A stretch of 64,000 nucleotides of DNA from Histomonas meleagridis 2922-C6/04-290x (taxonomy: Eukaryota > Protista > Parabasalia): NCBI GenBank assembly GCA_020184695.1, contig JAANOX010000042.1, positions 310,001-374,000 on the forward strand, read 5' to 3'. A program made the translations under genes and the position numbers. A model generated the notes under the pieces. It ran no database searches. It was not told the DNA's origin and saw only the letters and a program-made list of their open reading frames with translations. Shown in pieces: positions 45,194 to 57,555 of the stretch (its first letter is position 1; every line of letters starts with the position of its first letter).

Positions 45194-46789
45194 ATGACTA
45201 TTTCATTTACTTCTCTTCTCGAAACACATAATTTTTCTGACTTCAAATTTACATTAAACTCTGTCCAGTACTCCCTGCATCGTGCGATTTTATCACAAAG
45301 GAGTAAATTTTTTCACAAATTATTTGAAGATAATCCGATTCTGACGGAAAAAGAGATGACAATTGACGAAAGATTATCGCCTCTATTTCCTCTAATCCTC
45401 AAATGGTTATACTCATCACCAAATTTCACAATAGAAAAATGTTCGTTTTGTCAAATCACATATTTGGCTGTTATATTCGAAATTGATTCACTCACGGATG
45501 CGCTCACGTCATGGCTCATATCAAATTTGAACAGTACGTATGTTATCAATTATTATGCTAAAATTCATCCGTTGAAGGATAAGCTTCCAAAGTCATTTTT
45601 CGAGGTAATATATCAATTCATTCTTACGTATTTCGAAGACATTGATAATAAAGAAATATCAACTTTATTATCATGTGATCTTTATACTCATATGATTAAA
45701 GATCCAAATTTAATTGCATCGGCTTATGAAAAGTCTCTTTCCATTGTTGAGTATCTTGAGGTAAACAAAGATACTCTCTCTTCATCTGAGATCCACGTTT
45801 TACTTGACATATATCTAGAAAATGGTTGGATTGTTCGCATCTCCAAAATATTTCAAATCGTAAGGAAAGATCGAATTGATGAACTCATCAAATTTGCAGC
45901 TCATCATTTCTCTCATTTAACCATTCATGAACTTGAACAAATACCAATTGACATTCTTCGACAAATATTTTCTTCATATGAAATCGATGCTCGTGATGAA
46001 ACTGAACTTAAACGAAAATTTGAGTTACTTTCGACCGATACAACCAAAGACGTTAACCCCTCAGAAATCATCACTTCACCTCACAAATACATCAACCAGT
46101 GCAAAACCGCCGGAACCGTCCGCTGTTTAATATTGGGAAGTTTAATGCTTGAAGTGTTGGACACGTTAAAGCAGAATTTAATTGATGGAGGACTTAATTC
46201 AAAGAACGTCGTTGTGTATAACGCAGATCGAAGTAATCCAACCGTTGAATTTCTATTTCAATTTGATGTCATATTTGCATTTACACATTATCAATTTTAT
46301 TCAACGAAAGTAATCAGTGAATTATTAACGAAATTCGCGTTACAAAGAGGTGGTGCAATTGTAATTGCATATGGTTTCATGAGAAGTGATGATTGGGGTT
46401 GTGGTGATGAAAAGTTACTTCGATTAATGCCTTTTAAAAGAGGCGAAATATCATTATGTTATTGCGATGAGAATAATTATAATTTTCCAAATGTTTCACC
46501 AGTGAAAGATTTTGAGTTCTTTTTAAGTGGTATAACAAATATAAAATTCTCGACGTTTTTGCCAAGAATTAATGTCGAGTTAAATGATAATGCTCATTTG
46601 GTGGCTAATTATGATGACGGAATGCCTTTGGTCGCATACTCTGATATCCCGAATTCCGATGCGAAGTTCGTGGGCTTGAATTATTACCCGTTGGCGAGAA
46701 AAGGTCAAAGATATGGAATAGAACCCGATACGCCGATTTCGAAACTAGCCGCAAGGGCTGTGAAATTCGCACTCGGAATCAAAGAATAA
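45194..46789 (+). CDS. BTB/POZ domain protein
   Basis: FSDFKFTLNSVQYSLHRAILSQRSKFF...ILKWLY BTB signature. Confidence 0.8.
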   Translation: MTISFTSLLETHNFSDFKFTLNSVQYSLHRAILSQRSKFFHKLFEDNPILTEKEMTIDERLSPLFPLILKWLYSSPNFTIEKCSFCQITYLAVIFEIDSLTDALTSWLISNLNSTYVINYYAKIHPLKDKLPKSFFEVIYQFILTYFEDIDNKEISTLLSCDLYTHMIKDPNLIASAYEKSLSIVEYLEVNKDTLSSSEIHVLLDIYLENGWIVRISKIFQIVRKDRIDELIKFAAHHFSHLTIHELEQIPIDILRQIFSSYEIDARDETELKRKFELLSTDTTKDVNPSEIITSPHKYINQCKTAGTVRCLILGSLMLEVLDTLKQNLIDGGLNSKNVVVYNADRSNPTVEFLFQFDVIFAFTHYQFYSTKVISELLTKFALQRGGAIVIAYGFMRSDDWGCGDEKLLRLMPFKRGEISLCYCDENNYNFPNVSPVKDFEFFLSGITNIKFSTFLPRINVELNDNAHLVANYDDGMPLVAYSDIPNSDAKFVGLNYYPLARKGQRYGIEPDTPISKLAARAVKFALGIKE

Positions 46790-46990
46790 AAATAAGACAT
46801 AGGGAAAAAGAGAAGAAAAAATTGTTAAGTAAAATCGGAAATTTCATTTTAATTCTTTGTGAAAAAACTCAATAGAACGATAGCAAATTTTCAGATAAAA
46901 ACGATAATTCGAATATTGAATTTCACTATCGTTTAAATCATGATTTAAAACTTTATAAAATTTTTCATGATTAGAATATGACAGAAAAAA

Positions 46991-47497
46991 TTATTTCTTA
47001 TTGTTTTTCTTTGGCTTGTTTGATTTTGTATTTTTGGCTTTTTCTAATTGCTCTAAAAGTGTTCGTTTTTCTTGTTGAAGTCTTTCGTTTTTTTCATCCA
47101 AAATTTTAATTGAATTTTGAAGTCTTTTTTCTTCTTTAGCAAATGTTTTATCTTCTTCGTTTTGTTGATTTTCAAATTCTTTGATAAATTTTTCTGATAA
47201 TTCTTGTTGTTCTTTTTGGTAATTAAGATTTTGATTTTTTAATTCATCATATTTCATTTCAAGTGATTTTTGTTTATCTTTTAGCATTTTATTTTCTTTT
47301 TTAAGTTTTTTTGTTATTTTTTTTTGTTGTTCTAGTTCTTCAATTAATAATTGGTATTCAATTTCATCTGAATCTATTATTTGATTTTCTTTATCACACA
47401 TCTTTTGTTCATTATTGATGTCCATTTGTTTAATTTGTTCATCGATTTTTCTAATTTTTTGTAAGTTCTTTCGAATTTGGTCAAGTTCGTTCATCAT
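46991..47497 (-). CDS. Coiled-coil hypothetical protein
   Basis: K/E/Q-rich ORF, first ATG (MMNELD) at 47497. Confidence 0.65.
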   Translation of the reverse strand: MMNELDQIRKNLQKIRKIDEQIKQMDINNEQKMCDKENQIIDSDEIEYQLLIEELEQQKKITKKLKKENKMLKDKQKSLEMKYDELKNQNLNYQKEQQELSEKFIKEFENQQNEEDKTFAKEEKRLQNSIKILDEKNERLQQEKRTLLEQLEKAKNTKSNKPKKNNKK

Positions 47498-47576
47498 ACG
47501 CACGTTTAAAGCCGTTATCCATTTAAACGTTCTCCGGACAAACAACCAAAGTCACTTTTGTCGAGCCACTTAAATC
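47498..47576. promoter_or_regulatory. 79-nt bidirectional promoter with M3-like (GCCGTTA) and M2-like (GTCACTTT, i.e. AAAGTGAC) motifs
   Basis: Head-to-head genes. Motifs at 47511-47517 and 47551-47558 match trichomonad core promoter motifs as recalled from literature. Confidence 0.45.
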
Positions 47577-49202
47577 ATGAATTCCCCAAGTTCCCTCAAA
47601 CTCAACGGAGAGAGACAAACAGGCGAAAATGTACGTGTCCAAAACACTCGCGCTGCTATTGCAGTCGCTAATGTTGTTCGATCATCACTTGGACCAATTG
47701 GTCTTGATAAGATGCTTGTTGACGACATGGGTGAAGTCACAATTACAAACGATGGTGCTACAATTCTTCAAAACCTCGATGTACAACATCCAGCTGGTAA
47801 AGTATTGATTCAATTATCTGAACTTCAAGATCGTGAAGTTGGTGATGGAACAACAACTGTTGTTCTCTTAGCAGCAGAACTTCTTCGTCTTGGTCAGGAA
47901 CTTATTGATCAAAAAGTTCATCCAAATACTGTTATTGCAGGATATCGTCGTGCAGGACGTATGGCAGTTGCATACCTTAAGAAGAATCTTTCTGTCTCCA
48001 ACAGTGGTCTTGATCGTGATATTCTTCTCAATGTAGCCAAAACCTCCATGTCGTCCAAAATCCTTCATGCATATTCTGATTTCTTTGCCAACATTGTTGT
48101 AGATGCGTGCTTATGTGTTAAAGGCAAAACCAACAAATGTCCAGTCTCCAAGATCAACATTGTCAAATCCCTTGGTAAGTCATTACCAGAATCCTCATTA
48201 ATATCAAATGGTCTTGCAATCAATGCCACACGTTCAGCCGAAGCAATGCCACGCAAAGTTGAAGATGTCAAAATTGCAGTATTGGATTTAAGTTTATCAC
48301 GAACGCGATTACCAATGGGTGTTCAATTCCGACTTAAAGATGCATCCAAGCTCAACCAAATCCAGCATGAAGAAGTCGAGCAATGCAGGAAGATTGTTGA
48401 TGCAATTATCTCTGCCGGAGCCAATGTCATTATCACATCGAAGACAATTGACGAAGCGTCGTTAAAGCCTATGATTCGAAACGGCATCATCGGCATTCGT
48501 CATGTTTCCGATGGCGAAATTGCCGCTGTTGCGCGTGCCACCGGTGCGACGATCATTAAAGAAGTTGTTGATGCTGAAGGAAACACTAAGTTTGATCCAT
48601 CATGGCTTGGACGTTGCAAGTGCGTTGAACAAGTGCCAATTGGCGATAACGAAATGATTGTCATCCGTGAAGCAGCAGCAGAGAACTCAGCGTCAATTGT
48701 CTTACGTGGACCAAACACATATACATTAGATGAAGCTAATCGTACATTAAGAGATGCATTAAACGCAATCAAAAGAGTCGTCGAGTCACATCACGTGACA
48801 TCCGGCGGCGGCGCAGTCGAAGCAGGTTTATCAGTGTACTTATCAAAGGCTGCAATGAATTACGAAGGAAAAGAACAAATCGCAATCCTTAAGTTCGCTG
48901 AAGCATTGTTGGTCATTCCAAAGATTTTAGCAAATAACGCGGCATTGGATTCAATCGAATTAGTCGCAAAGTTAAGGGCTGCACATTACAAAGCACAAGA
49001 AAATGGTGAAAAATGTTTCGCTGCTTTGGATTTGGTCGAAAATAAAATTAGAGACGGATTCAAGGACGGTGTGTTGGAGCCGGCAATGTCAAAGGTTAAG
49101 TCAATACAATTCGCAACAGAAGCTGCAATTACTATTTTGAGAATTGACGATCTGATTAAGTTGAAGCCTGACGAAAAGAAGAAGGACGATGATGATGAGT
49201 AA
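47577..49202 (+). CDS. CCT1: Chaperonin CCT/TRiC subunit alpha
   Basis: [41 protein letters not shown]. Confidence 0.95.
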   Translation: MNSPSSLKLNGERQTGENVRVQNTRAAIAVANVVRSSLGPIGLDKMLVDDMGEVTITNDGATILQNLDVQHPAGKVLIQLSELQDREVGDGTTTVVLLAAELLRLGQELIDQKVHPNTVIAGYRRAGRMAVAYLKKNLSVSNSGLDRDILLNVAKTSMSSKILHAYSDFFANIVVDACLCVKGKTNKCPVSKINIVKSLGKSLPESSLISNGLAINATRSAEAMPRKVEDVKIAVLDLSLSRTRLPMGVQFRLKDASKLNQIQHEEVEQCRKIVDAIISAGANVIITSKTIDEASLKPMIRNGIIGIRHVSDGEIAAVARATGATIIKEVVDAEGNTKFDPSWLGRCKCVEQVPIGDNEMIVIREAAAENSASIVLRGPNTYTLDEANRTLRDALNAIKRVVESHHVTSGGGAVEAGLSVYLSKAAMNYEGKEQIAILKFAEALLVIPKILANNAALDSIELVAKLRAAHYKAQENGEKCFAALDLVENKIRDGFKDGVLEPAMSKVKSIQFATEAAITILRIDDLIKLKPDEKKKDDDDE

Positions 49203-50067
49203 AAAGATAATTAATTCTTTGATGATGATGAAATTTTATTAGCAAAATGAATCTAATGAACTGTCATTATGTGGTCAGCACCCAAAAATTAAACGTGTTC
49301 GTTAGAAGCCCAATGTTAAATGTCTTTCATCTGTTTTTGTGATCATTTTGCTTAATTTTTGATTTTAAATGAAATATTCTAATTATTGATAATTAATTCA
49401 AAAAATTAGAATTAAGCATAAAATCATCTTTAATATCAAATTTTAATCATTTTTTCCTTATTTATTTATTTTTTATTTTTTATTTTCATAAAAAATCATT
49501 TTAAAATATTCTTTTTAAACTTTAAATAATATTCAAAGAATTTTTATACATGTATAAAGATACTGATTTATATCAAGTTAATAATCAACTGATAATTATA
49601 TTTCAAATTTTGATTATAAATTATATTTATGTTCTAAATCTAAAAATTCAATTTACAATGATAAGTGAATATTTTTTTGCTGAATTTATTCATTTCACAC
49701 AAGCGATATCATGAATTGAATTTTGCAATAAATATACGATTTAGCTTAATTCAAAACATCTCTTGGTTGATGCGATGACTCGTTCATATTTGGAACGTTT
49801 AACATTCAAATTTTTTATCGTTTAAGTGATTCAATGTCAAATTTGACCTTTGAAAGCTGTTGACCTGTCAGGAAAAATTGAATAGTATTCAATTTTAAAA
49901 TGTCGATCCAGAAAAGTGACAAACGTTCTGGAATTTCTGCGTTGAAAACCACAGAAGTTCATTCAAATCAAGTTGTCAAAAAGCTAAAATTATTTTTATT
50001 TTGAATGTGTTCACAAAACGATTATTTTTTGTGTTTAAGAATTTCAGATTTTATTAACTAAAATGTG

Positions 50068-51183
50068 CTAGTTCTTTATAAAGCTATTTCTCCGAACAAT
50101 TCCACTGGAGTCCCTTACAATGCTTCCTCCGAAGCGCATCATTCCGGATCCCATTGGGGATGGCGTTTTAGCTCCGAACGAGAAAGATCCCTTCGATGCA
50201 TTACTTGTTGTTCTTGTTCTATTCATTCTCGTTCCCATCTGTTTCAGTATAGTCCGGGGGCTTGCAATTGGTGCAGCTGTTTGCTGCTCATTTGAGTTGC
50301 TTAAGAGCCGGACAAATGTTCTTTCTGTGATTGCAGGTTTGATTGCCGCCGAATTTCCAGTATCCCACTTAGCTTCCACGCCGTCAAGCCATGGGTGACC
50401 ATATGCTTCGGTTGCGGACAATCTGGAGACTGAATCTGGATTTAATAATTTTGTGATAAGATCGCGACAAAACATGGATATGTGGTCTGGGATTTCATAA
50501 ATGCCGCTTTTGATCTGTTTGAATATAACAACTTGGTTTGTTCCTCGCCATGGTAATTCACCTGTGACTAAACAATACAATATGACGCCACAACTCCACA
50601 TGTCAGCAGCTCGGCCATCATAGGATTGTCCATCAATGATTTCTGGAGCAGCATAAGCTGGCGATCCGCATGGAGTTGCACACATTTGACCTGGATTTGC
50701 AAACCGTGAGAAGCCAAAATCTATGATTTTGATGTTACCGTTGGGATCCATTAATACATTTTCTGGTTTAAGGTCTCTATGAGCTATTCCTTGTGCATGG
50801 ATATATTTGACAGTATCAAGGATCTGTTTGAAAATATGTTTGGCTGATTCTTCGTTGATCAGTCCAGGTTGTGATAATTTGGTCATAAGTGTATCACCTT
50901 TACATAATTCCATTATTAAATAAAAAAAGGAGGAATCAAGAAGGAAGTCATAGATTTTGATAATGCCTGGATGATCCATATTAAGAACGACACGTACTTC
51001 TCGTTCAAAACGTTCGATATCTGCTGCAGTATTCATGTTAGCTTTTGGTATTATTTTGACGGCGTATTTGGTGTGGGTTTCAATATCTTGCCCTTCTTTA
51101 ACGAGACTGAAAGAGCCCTTCCCCAGTGTGTGACCGAGATTATACTTTCCTATAAAAGGAGGAAGGCAAGCCCAGGATGACAT
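50068..51183 (-). CDS. CAMK-group (SNF1/AMPK-like) Ser/Thr kinase
   Basis: LGKGSFSLV, AVKII, HRDLKPEN, DFG, TPCGSPAYAAPE all intact. Confidence 0.92.
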   Translation of the reverse strand: MSSWACLPPFIGKYNLGHTLGKGSFSLVKEGQDIETHTKYAVKIIPKANMNTAADIERFEREVRVVLNMDHPGIIKIYDFLLDSSFFYLIMELCKGDTLMTKLSQPGLINEESAKHIFKQILDTVKYIHAQGIAHRDLKPENVLMDPNGNIKIIDFGFSRFANPGQMCATPCGSPAYAAPEIIDGQSYDGRAADMWSCGVILYCLVTGELPWRGTNQVVIFKQIKSGIYEIPDHISMFCRDLITKLLNPDSVSRLSATEAYGHPWLDGVEAKWDTGNSAAIKPAITERTFVRLLSNSNEQQTAAPIASPRTILKQMGTRMNRTRTTSNASKGSFSFGAKTPSPMGSGMMRFGGSIVRDSSGIVRRNSFIKN

Positions 51184-51921
51184 TGAAATTAGCGGTTATC
51201 TCATACACTGAAATTTTCTGTTTAATACACAAAATTGAATGGTATAAATATTTGCATAATTGGCTTATCAAAAGAAGCTTGGCTAAAACGTGCGTTTTAG
51301 TATTGAAAAAAAAATATTAGAACTCTGAAAAACAATCTTGATATGAAAATCAAGTAAGATAATTGCTGAGCATAAAAAATTGTCAAATTCGTAAAATCAA
51401 TTTGTTAGAAATAAATGATTTATTATCCACTCTTAAATAAAATACTATTGGTGTCTTGAAGAAGAAGTGTATGGTTTGAGTATTCTGATTAAAATGTTTT
51501 ATTTGACAATTATTATTTTGGGATAAATAATTATTTTTATTTTTCATTTTCAGCCTAATTTGATTGCCACTTTAAAATATTTATAAATCTTTATCATTAA
51601 ATCTTATTTCCTGAAGAGTAACACCCAAATTCATCTAAAGAATTGTCTAAATTAGTTTTGATTTTTAATCATTCACATTGCTTACAAGGTTGAAAAGGTG
51701 AATATAAAATGCTAAGATTTTAACAATTTCTTCTGCACCGTTATTAATCAATATCTATCTCAACATAATCAAAAATGATGTACACAAAATATATAAATAA
51801 GCATGGTAAAACCTCAACTAATTAAAATTACAAACAGGTATAAAATTCTTAATTAATTAAAATCTTTTGGAAATTCTTTTTTTGTATAATTTTCAATAAG
51901 GCGGCCGTTTATTTCACACAA

Positions 51922-52962
51922 ATGTTTGAAGATGAGGAAGAAAAAGAAGAATTAAAACCACACTTAGTCAACACAATCGAACCAATAGTTATTGGTCCTT
52001 TCCGATTTATTAAACCTTATCTTTACACATTCCATTGCTCAGCAAAAGCTCGCTGGATTGGCAAACCGTTAATTGATGTATTTGAACACGAATTCAAGCA
52101 TTGGAGCCATTCAACTCTAGTAGAACGTATTCAAAGTGGTTACATAACAGTGAACAAACATCATATCACTATTGATTATATCATACAGAATCGCGATTTT
52201 ATTGAACATACTATTCTCCGCCGCGAATCCCCTATATATAACCTACCGATTGAAAAGCTTGGGGAAACTGCAGATTATGTAGCATATCATAAACCTTCAT
52301 CACTTCCAGTTTATTCAACTGGTGGTTATTATTACAACTCACTCATCAATATGGTTGATCCGCAATATCATCCAGTCCATCGCCTTGATAAGGTTACATC
52401 TGGTATTGTTGTTTTTGCGAAGAGCGAAACCAGTGCGCGTCATTTTGGCCAAATGCTTCTTTCAAAGAAAATCCATAAAACATATATTGCACGTGTTATC
52501 GGGTCATTTCCTGCTGGCGAAACTAAAGTATATGCCCCAATCAGGGAATCATCTGTTAATAGATCTCTTCGAGAATGTGGAGAAGGTGGTAAAGAAAGTT
52601 TGACTTTGTTTAAGTTAATTTCAACTAATGGAAGCGAAAGCATTGTTGAATGTCATCCTATAACAGGCCGAACGCATCAAATTCGAGTACATTTGTCATA
52701 TTTAGGTTATCCAATTTCTAATGACGTAAAATATGGCGGAAAAGAGCCTGTGCTAAGTAGTGATGAGAAAAAGGCACTAGAAGAGGCTAAAAAAAGAGGT
52801 CTATGGCCACCAGATACGACATTTGAAGATGAGAACCCGGCAGTTTCTTTTGGTATATACTTACATTCTTGTCATTACCAGTCAGATGAGTTTGATTTTA
52901 AGGCACCGTTGCCAAAATGGACCGAGTTACCAGAGAAAAAATCGAAATGCAAAATTCAATGA
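51922..52962 (+). CDS. RluA-family RNA pseudouridine synthase
   Basis: HKPSSLPV, VHRLDKVTSG, KTYIARV, TGRTHQIRVHL. Confidence 0.93.
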   Translation: MFEDEEEKEELKPHLVNTIEPIVIGPFRFIKPYLYTFHCSAKARWIGKPLIDVFEHEFKHWSHSTLVERIQSGYITVNKHHITIDYIIQNRDFIEHTILRRESPIYNLPIEKLGETADYVAYHKPSSLPVYSTGGYYYNSLINMVDPQYHPVHRLDKVTSGIVVFAKSETSARHFGQMLLSKKIHKTYIARVIGSFPAGETKVYAPIRESSVNRSLRECGEGGKESLTLFKLISTNGSESIVECHPITGRTHQIRVHLSYLGYPISNDVKYGGKEPVLSSDEKKALEEAKKRGLWPPDTTFEDENPAVSFGIYLHSCHYQSDEFDFKAPLPKWTELPEKKSKCKIQ

Positions 52963-53502
52963 ATGTGGAGTGAAACGATAGAAATAAACATTTGTATATT
53001 TGAAATGAGCTTCCGTTTAATTCTGAATTTCTCCAAAATTATTGAAAAGCAACTATTTGGCTTTAATGTCTTATACAACAGTATTCGTATGGATGTTTTT
53101 GTTGAGGTCAGCAATCTAGGGGATTTTTGTTAAGAAATGTTAAATAATCGCTACCAAAAGTGTCTAAATATCTTAGATGAACACCTTTTATTAATATTTT
53201 CACGACAGCGGACATGTTTTCTTATCAAATGATTTGGTGATTTTGATCGTAACAATTAACACTGAAGATTCTTCTGATTTATAAAATAATTTGATTATTT
53301 ATGCATAACCTATTCAAATGTAATTACAAGTGTTGTTTTAAATATTTCAAAAATTTTAAAACATCAAATTAATAAAATAAGTAAAGATCTTTGCTCTTAA
53401 TAAGTGTTGGCATAGGAAATTGAACTTTTTGAATTAAGTCGACATTTTTTAATAATTCTTTCAAAAAGTCGGCCTAAGACCACTGCCCAAAATCATCAAG
53501 AA

Positions 53503-54717
53503 ATGCTTCATCTTGGAACAGAACCAAAATGGGTATCAATTTCCAACAAAGTAAAGTATCCAGATGATATTTCACTTCGGTACATTGATTTGATGGAAGA
53601 AAATGTAAAGAATTTTGAAACTGAATTTGCAACCAAATTAGTTGAAAGAAAATTTATAACAACAAATATGATCATCCAGCCGCGTGGCCTTACTAACGAA
53701 AAACTAATGTGTTTTGCAAATTCTTCAATACAACTTTTATTTGCCTCACCAAATTTCCTAAGCTTTGCTTATTTTATGAAACAAAACCGTCCGCTTTTTT
53801 CACCTCGACAACGTGAGCTTACCCCAGCCTGGAATGCTCTTTGTGATTTCCTAAGTAACTTTCAATTTTCCGATTCTACCACATCTGATGGTGCCACACC
53901 CTCACTAAAATCCTTGTCAATCACCAAGATGGCATTTCCTACCAATCTTAATGTACTTGATAAAGTGTTTGGTATATTTAGTAGTAAGCGCAAACCACTT
54001 CTTCAAGAAGATGCCATCCAATTTCTTCTTTATTTTCTCAATCTCCTTCACGAAGAGGTTCTTTCTCTGATGAGTCTTGCGCCAGAAGATGAAAAGGCAT
54101 CAAATAACGGTCCCTGGAAAACCGCCGGCACTAACCGCCGTAACATTGTGCTACAAGAAACGCAAGGCGAGCAATCACCATTCACAGATATTTTTGTTAC
54201 AATGGTACGTTCAGATACATTAGAAAATGGTCGTTCTCGTACTGTTTCGAAAGAATCTCATTTAGTTATTCCTCTTCCAATTCAAGGGCATAAAACACTT
54301 TATGAATGTATTGATGCATTTGTAGCTGAAGAAATAATAACTAATAGTATTTCAAAAAAGACAACTTTTTTGTCATTCCCAAAGTCTATAATATTCGGGT
54401 TAAAACGATTTGCATATGACCCTTTTGTAGACAGATCAATAAAACTGTTCGACGAAGTCGAATACCCTGAAATACTTGTCCTGGAAAGGCCAATGGATAA
54501 AGTGCCAATAAAATATCAATTGTCCGCAATTGTGGAACACATTGGTAAATCACCGGAAGGAGGACATTATTTGTGTTACGGAAGGAGATTCGACGGAACA
54601 TGGATGCTATTCGATGATGATAGAGTGGTGAAGTTGGCAGATAAAGAATACTTGGACAAAGAGGCATACTTGTTGCTATATAACCAAATAACATCATTTA
54701 TGCCTGATGAAGACTAA
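53503..54717 (+). CDS. Ubiquitin-specific protease (C19; USP10/Ubp3-like)
   Basis: RGLTN..MCFANS Cys box, QEDA, HIG...GGHY His box, FDD, AYLLLY. Confidence 0.88.
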   Translation: MLHLGTEPKWVSISNKVKYPDDISLRYIDLMEENVKNFETEFATKLVERKFITTNMIIQPRGLTNEKLMCFANSSIQLLFASPNFLSFAYFMKQNRPLFSPRQRELTPAWNALCDFLSNFQFSDSTTSDGATPSLKSLSITKMAFPTNLNVLDKVFGIFSSKRKPLLQEDAIQFLLYFLNLLHEEVLSLMSLAPEDEKASNNGPWKTAGTNRRNIVLQETQGEQSPFTDIFVTMVRSDTLENGRSRTVSKESHLVIPLPIQGHKTLYECIDAFVAEEIITNSISKKTTFLSFPKSIIFGLKRFAYDPFVDRSIKLFDEVEYPEILVLERPMDKVPIKYQLSAIVEHIGKSPEGGHYLCYGRRFDGTWMLFDDDRVVKLADKEYLDKEAYLLLYNQITSFMPDED

Positions 54718-55507
54718 TCATTTTACTGCTCAAGAAAATTTTCTTGTTTGTTTGTTAATACAAAACCGTAATTTGCTTTCAAATAAAAGATGAATTGAAT
54801 AGCTTCACAATATTGTGTGGGAAACGATCTCTTGTACTGAAAAATTCAGTGAGACGATAAACATTTTGTTCAAATTTCTCTTCGAATAAAAAAATATTTT
54901 TGAAAACGCAATACACAAAGAAGAAGCAAAAACAGTAAACAATAAATTGTTTGAAAACTTTAATAGTTAGTAAACAAGGTTAATAAGATATATGAAATTG
55001 CTCATTTGAAAAACAAAAATTATCCCAAAATTTCAATTATTTTGGGTTTTCATTTTCAAACAGAATACATGTAATTTAAAATTAGTAGTAGAACTTACTA
55101 AATAGTACTTATTTTTGATCTTAATGATTAATTTGAAGAATGTAGAACCCAAAAGTGATTGCTTTACAAAGTTATATATTAGGTTCTAAGCATAGTGCAG
55201 TTAACACAATAGTTAATATCAAAATGAAAATATAGGTTGAGATTAAATTTTAAGCAAACATTAAAATTTAGGCAGATATTTGTGTCTGAGGTGCAGTAGT
55301 TGTGATTGCACATAGTTTTCAATAAAGAATATAAATCATTATTAGAATAATAAAAGATTGAGTTTTTATATGACGCTGGTACAAAAACTTTCTTTAATAC
55401 TTGAAGCAAGAAGGGCGTTTCTTACATGAATTTATTATATATTTAAAACGAAATATTTCGTGGAAGAGATTTCATTTTTTTTCTGGAATATATATAAACG
55501 GCCGCCA

Positions 55508-56530
55508 ATGTCGAAAGGACGAGCGATCCAGAGACCAAACCCTCAATACAAAATAGAAACTGTTAGTAAAGTCTACAGCGATGTCAACCAAAAGCTCGGC
55601 CCAGAATGGTGGGACTCCGAACATTGGGAAATTCCTGTTTCATCACCAGATGAGTATGAAATTTCAGAATGGATAGGCAGTGGTAAATACAGCGATGTTT
55701 TTATTGGCTATAAAGGAGATGATATGGTAGCCATGAAAGTAATGAAACCAGTTCGTTCCCAAAAATACAATCGTGAAGCCAAAATTTTACTTAATATCAA
55801 TGGTGGCCCAAATATTGTTCGTCTCTTTGATATTGTTCAAAACCCTTCGACCAGACAATTTACATTTATTTTTGAGTATGTTGATAATGTTGAACTTAAT
55901 GAACTTCTCCAGTCATTTACAGACCATGAAGTGAAATTCTATCTCTTTAACATCATGAAAGCACTTCAATATGCTCATTCCCATGGTATTATGCATCGAG
56001 ATGTCAAACCCCAAAACGTAATGTATGATCGACAAAATAAAAAACTTCGTCTTATTGATTGGGGGCTTGCCGAATTTTATCATCCCGGGTCAAAATATAA
56101 CATTCATGTTGCATCTCGTCATTTTAAGTCGATTGAACTTTTGGTCGATTATCAATATTATGATTATTCGATTGATATTTGGAGTTTTGGAGTCACTATG
56201 GCCAGCATTGTCTTTAAAAAGATGCCATTTTTTAAAGGATCAGATGACTTTGATATGGTTACGAAAATTGTATCAGTTTTAGGAGTCGACTCATTTAATA
56301 AATATATTAATAAATATGGAATAGAACTTCCGCCAGACATGGAAATACCGCAAACAAGGGGCAAAAAATGGTCATCTTTCATCCCAAAAAATTGCGAACA
56401 TTTGGCGTCGAACGAGGCGCTGGATTTGATCGCAAAGTGTTTGAGATTCGATCACGAAGAGAGAATCACGGCAGACGAGGCACTAAATCATCCTTATTTC
56501 GATGAGGTGAGAAATGAGGTCGCTTTATAA
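55508..56530 (+). CDS. CK2alpha: Casein kinase II alpha subunit
   Basis: GSGKYSDVF, HRDVKPQN, DWGLAEFYHP, VASRHFK. Confidence 0.95.
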   Translation: MSKGRAIQRPNPQYKIETVSKVYSDVNQKLGPEWWDSEHWEIPVSSPDEYEISEWIGSGKYSDVFIGYKGDDMVAMKVMKPVRSQKYNREAKILLNINGGPNIVRLFDIVQNPSTRQFTFIFEYVDNVELNELLQSFTDHEVKFYLFNIMKALQYAHSHGIMHRDVKPQNVMYDRQNKKLRLIDWGLAEFYHPGSKYNIHVASRHFKSIELLVDYQYYDYSIDIWSFGVTMASIVFKKMPFFKGSDDFDMVTKIVSVLGVDSFNKYINKYGIELPPDMEIPQTRGKKWSSFIPKNCEHLASNEALDLIAKCLRFDHEERITADEALNHPYFDEVRNEVAL

Positions 56531-56729
56531 GAAGTTGTTTCTTAACATAATAAAGCTTTTGATTTTTTTTTTCTTGTTTTCGATTTTTAATTAGTTATTC
56601 TTAGCTGTTTGTATCGAAGAATTTTTTTTAATTTTTGGACAGAAAATTTTATTTCTCTCAAAATTCATTTTTATTAATTTATTAATGAAACACAAATTTG
56701 TTGGTACTTCTTAATTGATATTTTAATTA

Positions 56730-57214
56730 GTGATAGTTTAGATTTTTATAATAAAACAAATAAAAATTTTTGATAATGATATCAATTCCTTTTTGCTCAA
56801 GAAGTAGCTTAGCTATTTTTGTATGAACTCTTTCAGATGCTAAAATATGTACCGTTCTAAATAATTTGAAGAATTTCCAAATATTATTTAGAAATATTAA
56901 AATAAATCAAAAATAAAACAAATAAATATTTTAGGTATTAACATCAATTCCTTCTTGTTCACGAAGTAATTTAACTATTTCTATATGACCGTGTTTAGAT
57001 GCGTACATAAGTGCTGTCCAAAATAATTTAAATAATTTCCAAATATTATTTTGAAATGCCAAATTATTATAATAAACTTTAAATAAAACAAATAAATGTT
57101 TTTGGCATTAATATCTATTCCTTTATGTTCAAGAAGTAATTTAACAATTTCTGTATAACCTTTTAAAGATGCAATCATAAGTGCTGTATTAAATAATTTC
57201 CAAATATTATTTTG
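56730..57214 (-). repeat. Orphan array of three ankyrin+spacer cassettes
   Basis: Modules start at 57187, 57017 (170-nt period) and 56855. The array begins mid-spacer, has no N-terminal domain, and the second module has AAA>TAA. Confidence 0.85.
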
Positions 57215-57464
57215 CAATCCAAAATCTTGCTGTTATTTTTCAGTCAACTGCCTTTTTTGTGGAAAGCCATCCTGTTGCTGCCAGACGCCATACTTTCGAT
57301 GTACGAGTGAAGAATATGGATGTTGCTGCTGTCCTGATCCATCAGAAGAATCCAATGAAAGAGCTAATAAACGGATGTCAAATGGTGCTTCTGTTATAAC
57401 TATTCCAACAGATCCAATGAACAATTATAATAATCCTTATTTTAATGAAGAACAAGCATACTAA
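57213..57464 (+). pseudogene. Headless Cys-rich ORF fragment
   Basis: Open frame CNPKSCCYFSVNCLFCGKPSCCCQTPYFRCTSEEYGCCCCPDP...EQAY-TAA (13 Cys) with no upstream ATG. It abuts the ankyrin array. Confidence 0.55.
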
Positions 57465-57555
57465 GGATCACAGTACTATCCACAAGTAACTAGTGATATG
57501 CTTGAAGATAACTTAATGCCGAATTAAGCATTAACAAAATACAAAAAGAAATGTA

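Noticed and set aside
49837-49931. Cluster of palindromes (11-bp arms at 49874-49896, GTCAAATTTGAC, CCAGAA/TTCTGG)
   Set aside because: Arms are almost all A/T, so such repeats are expected by chance, and no recognisable RNA family fits.
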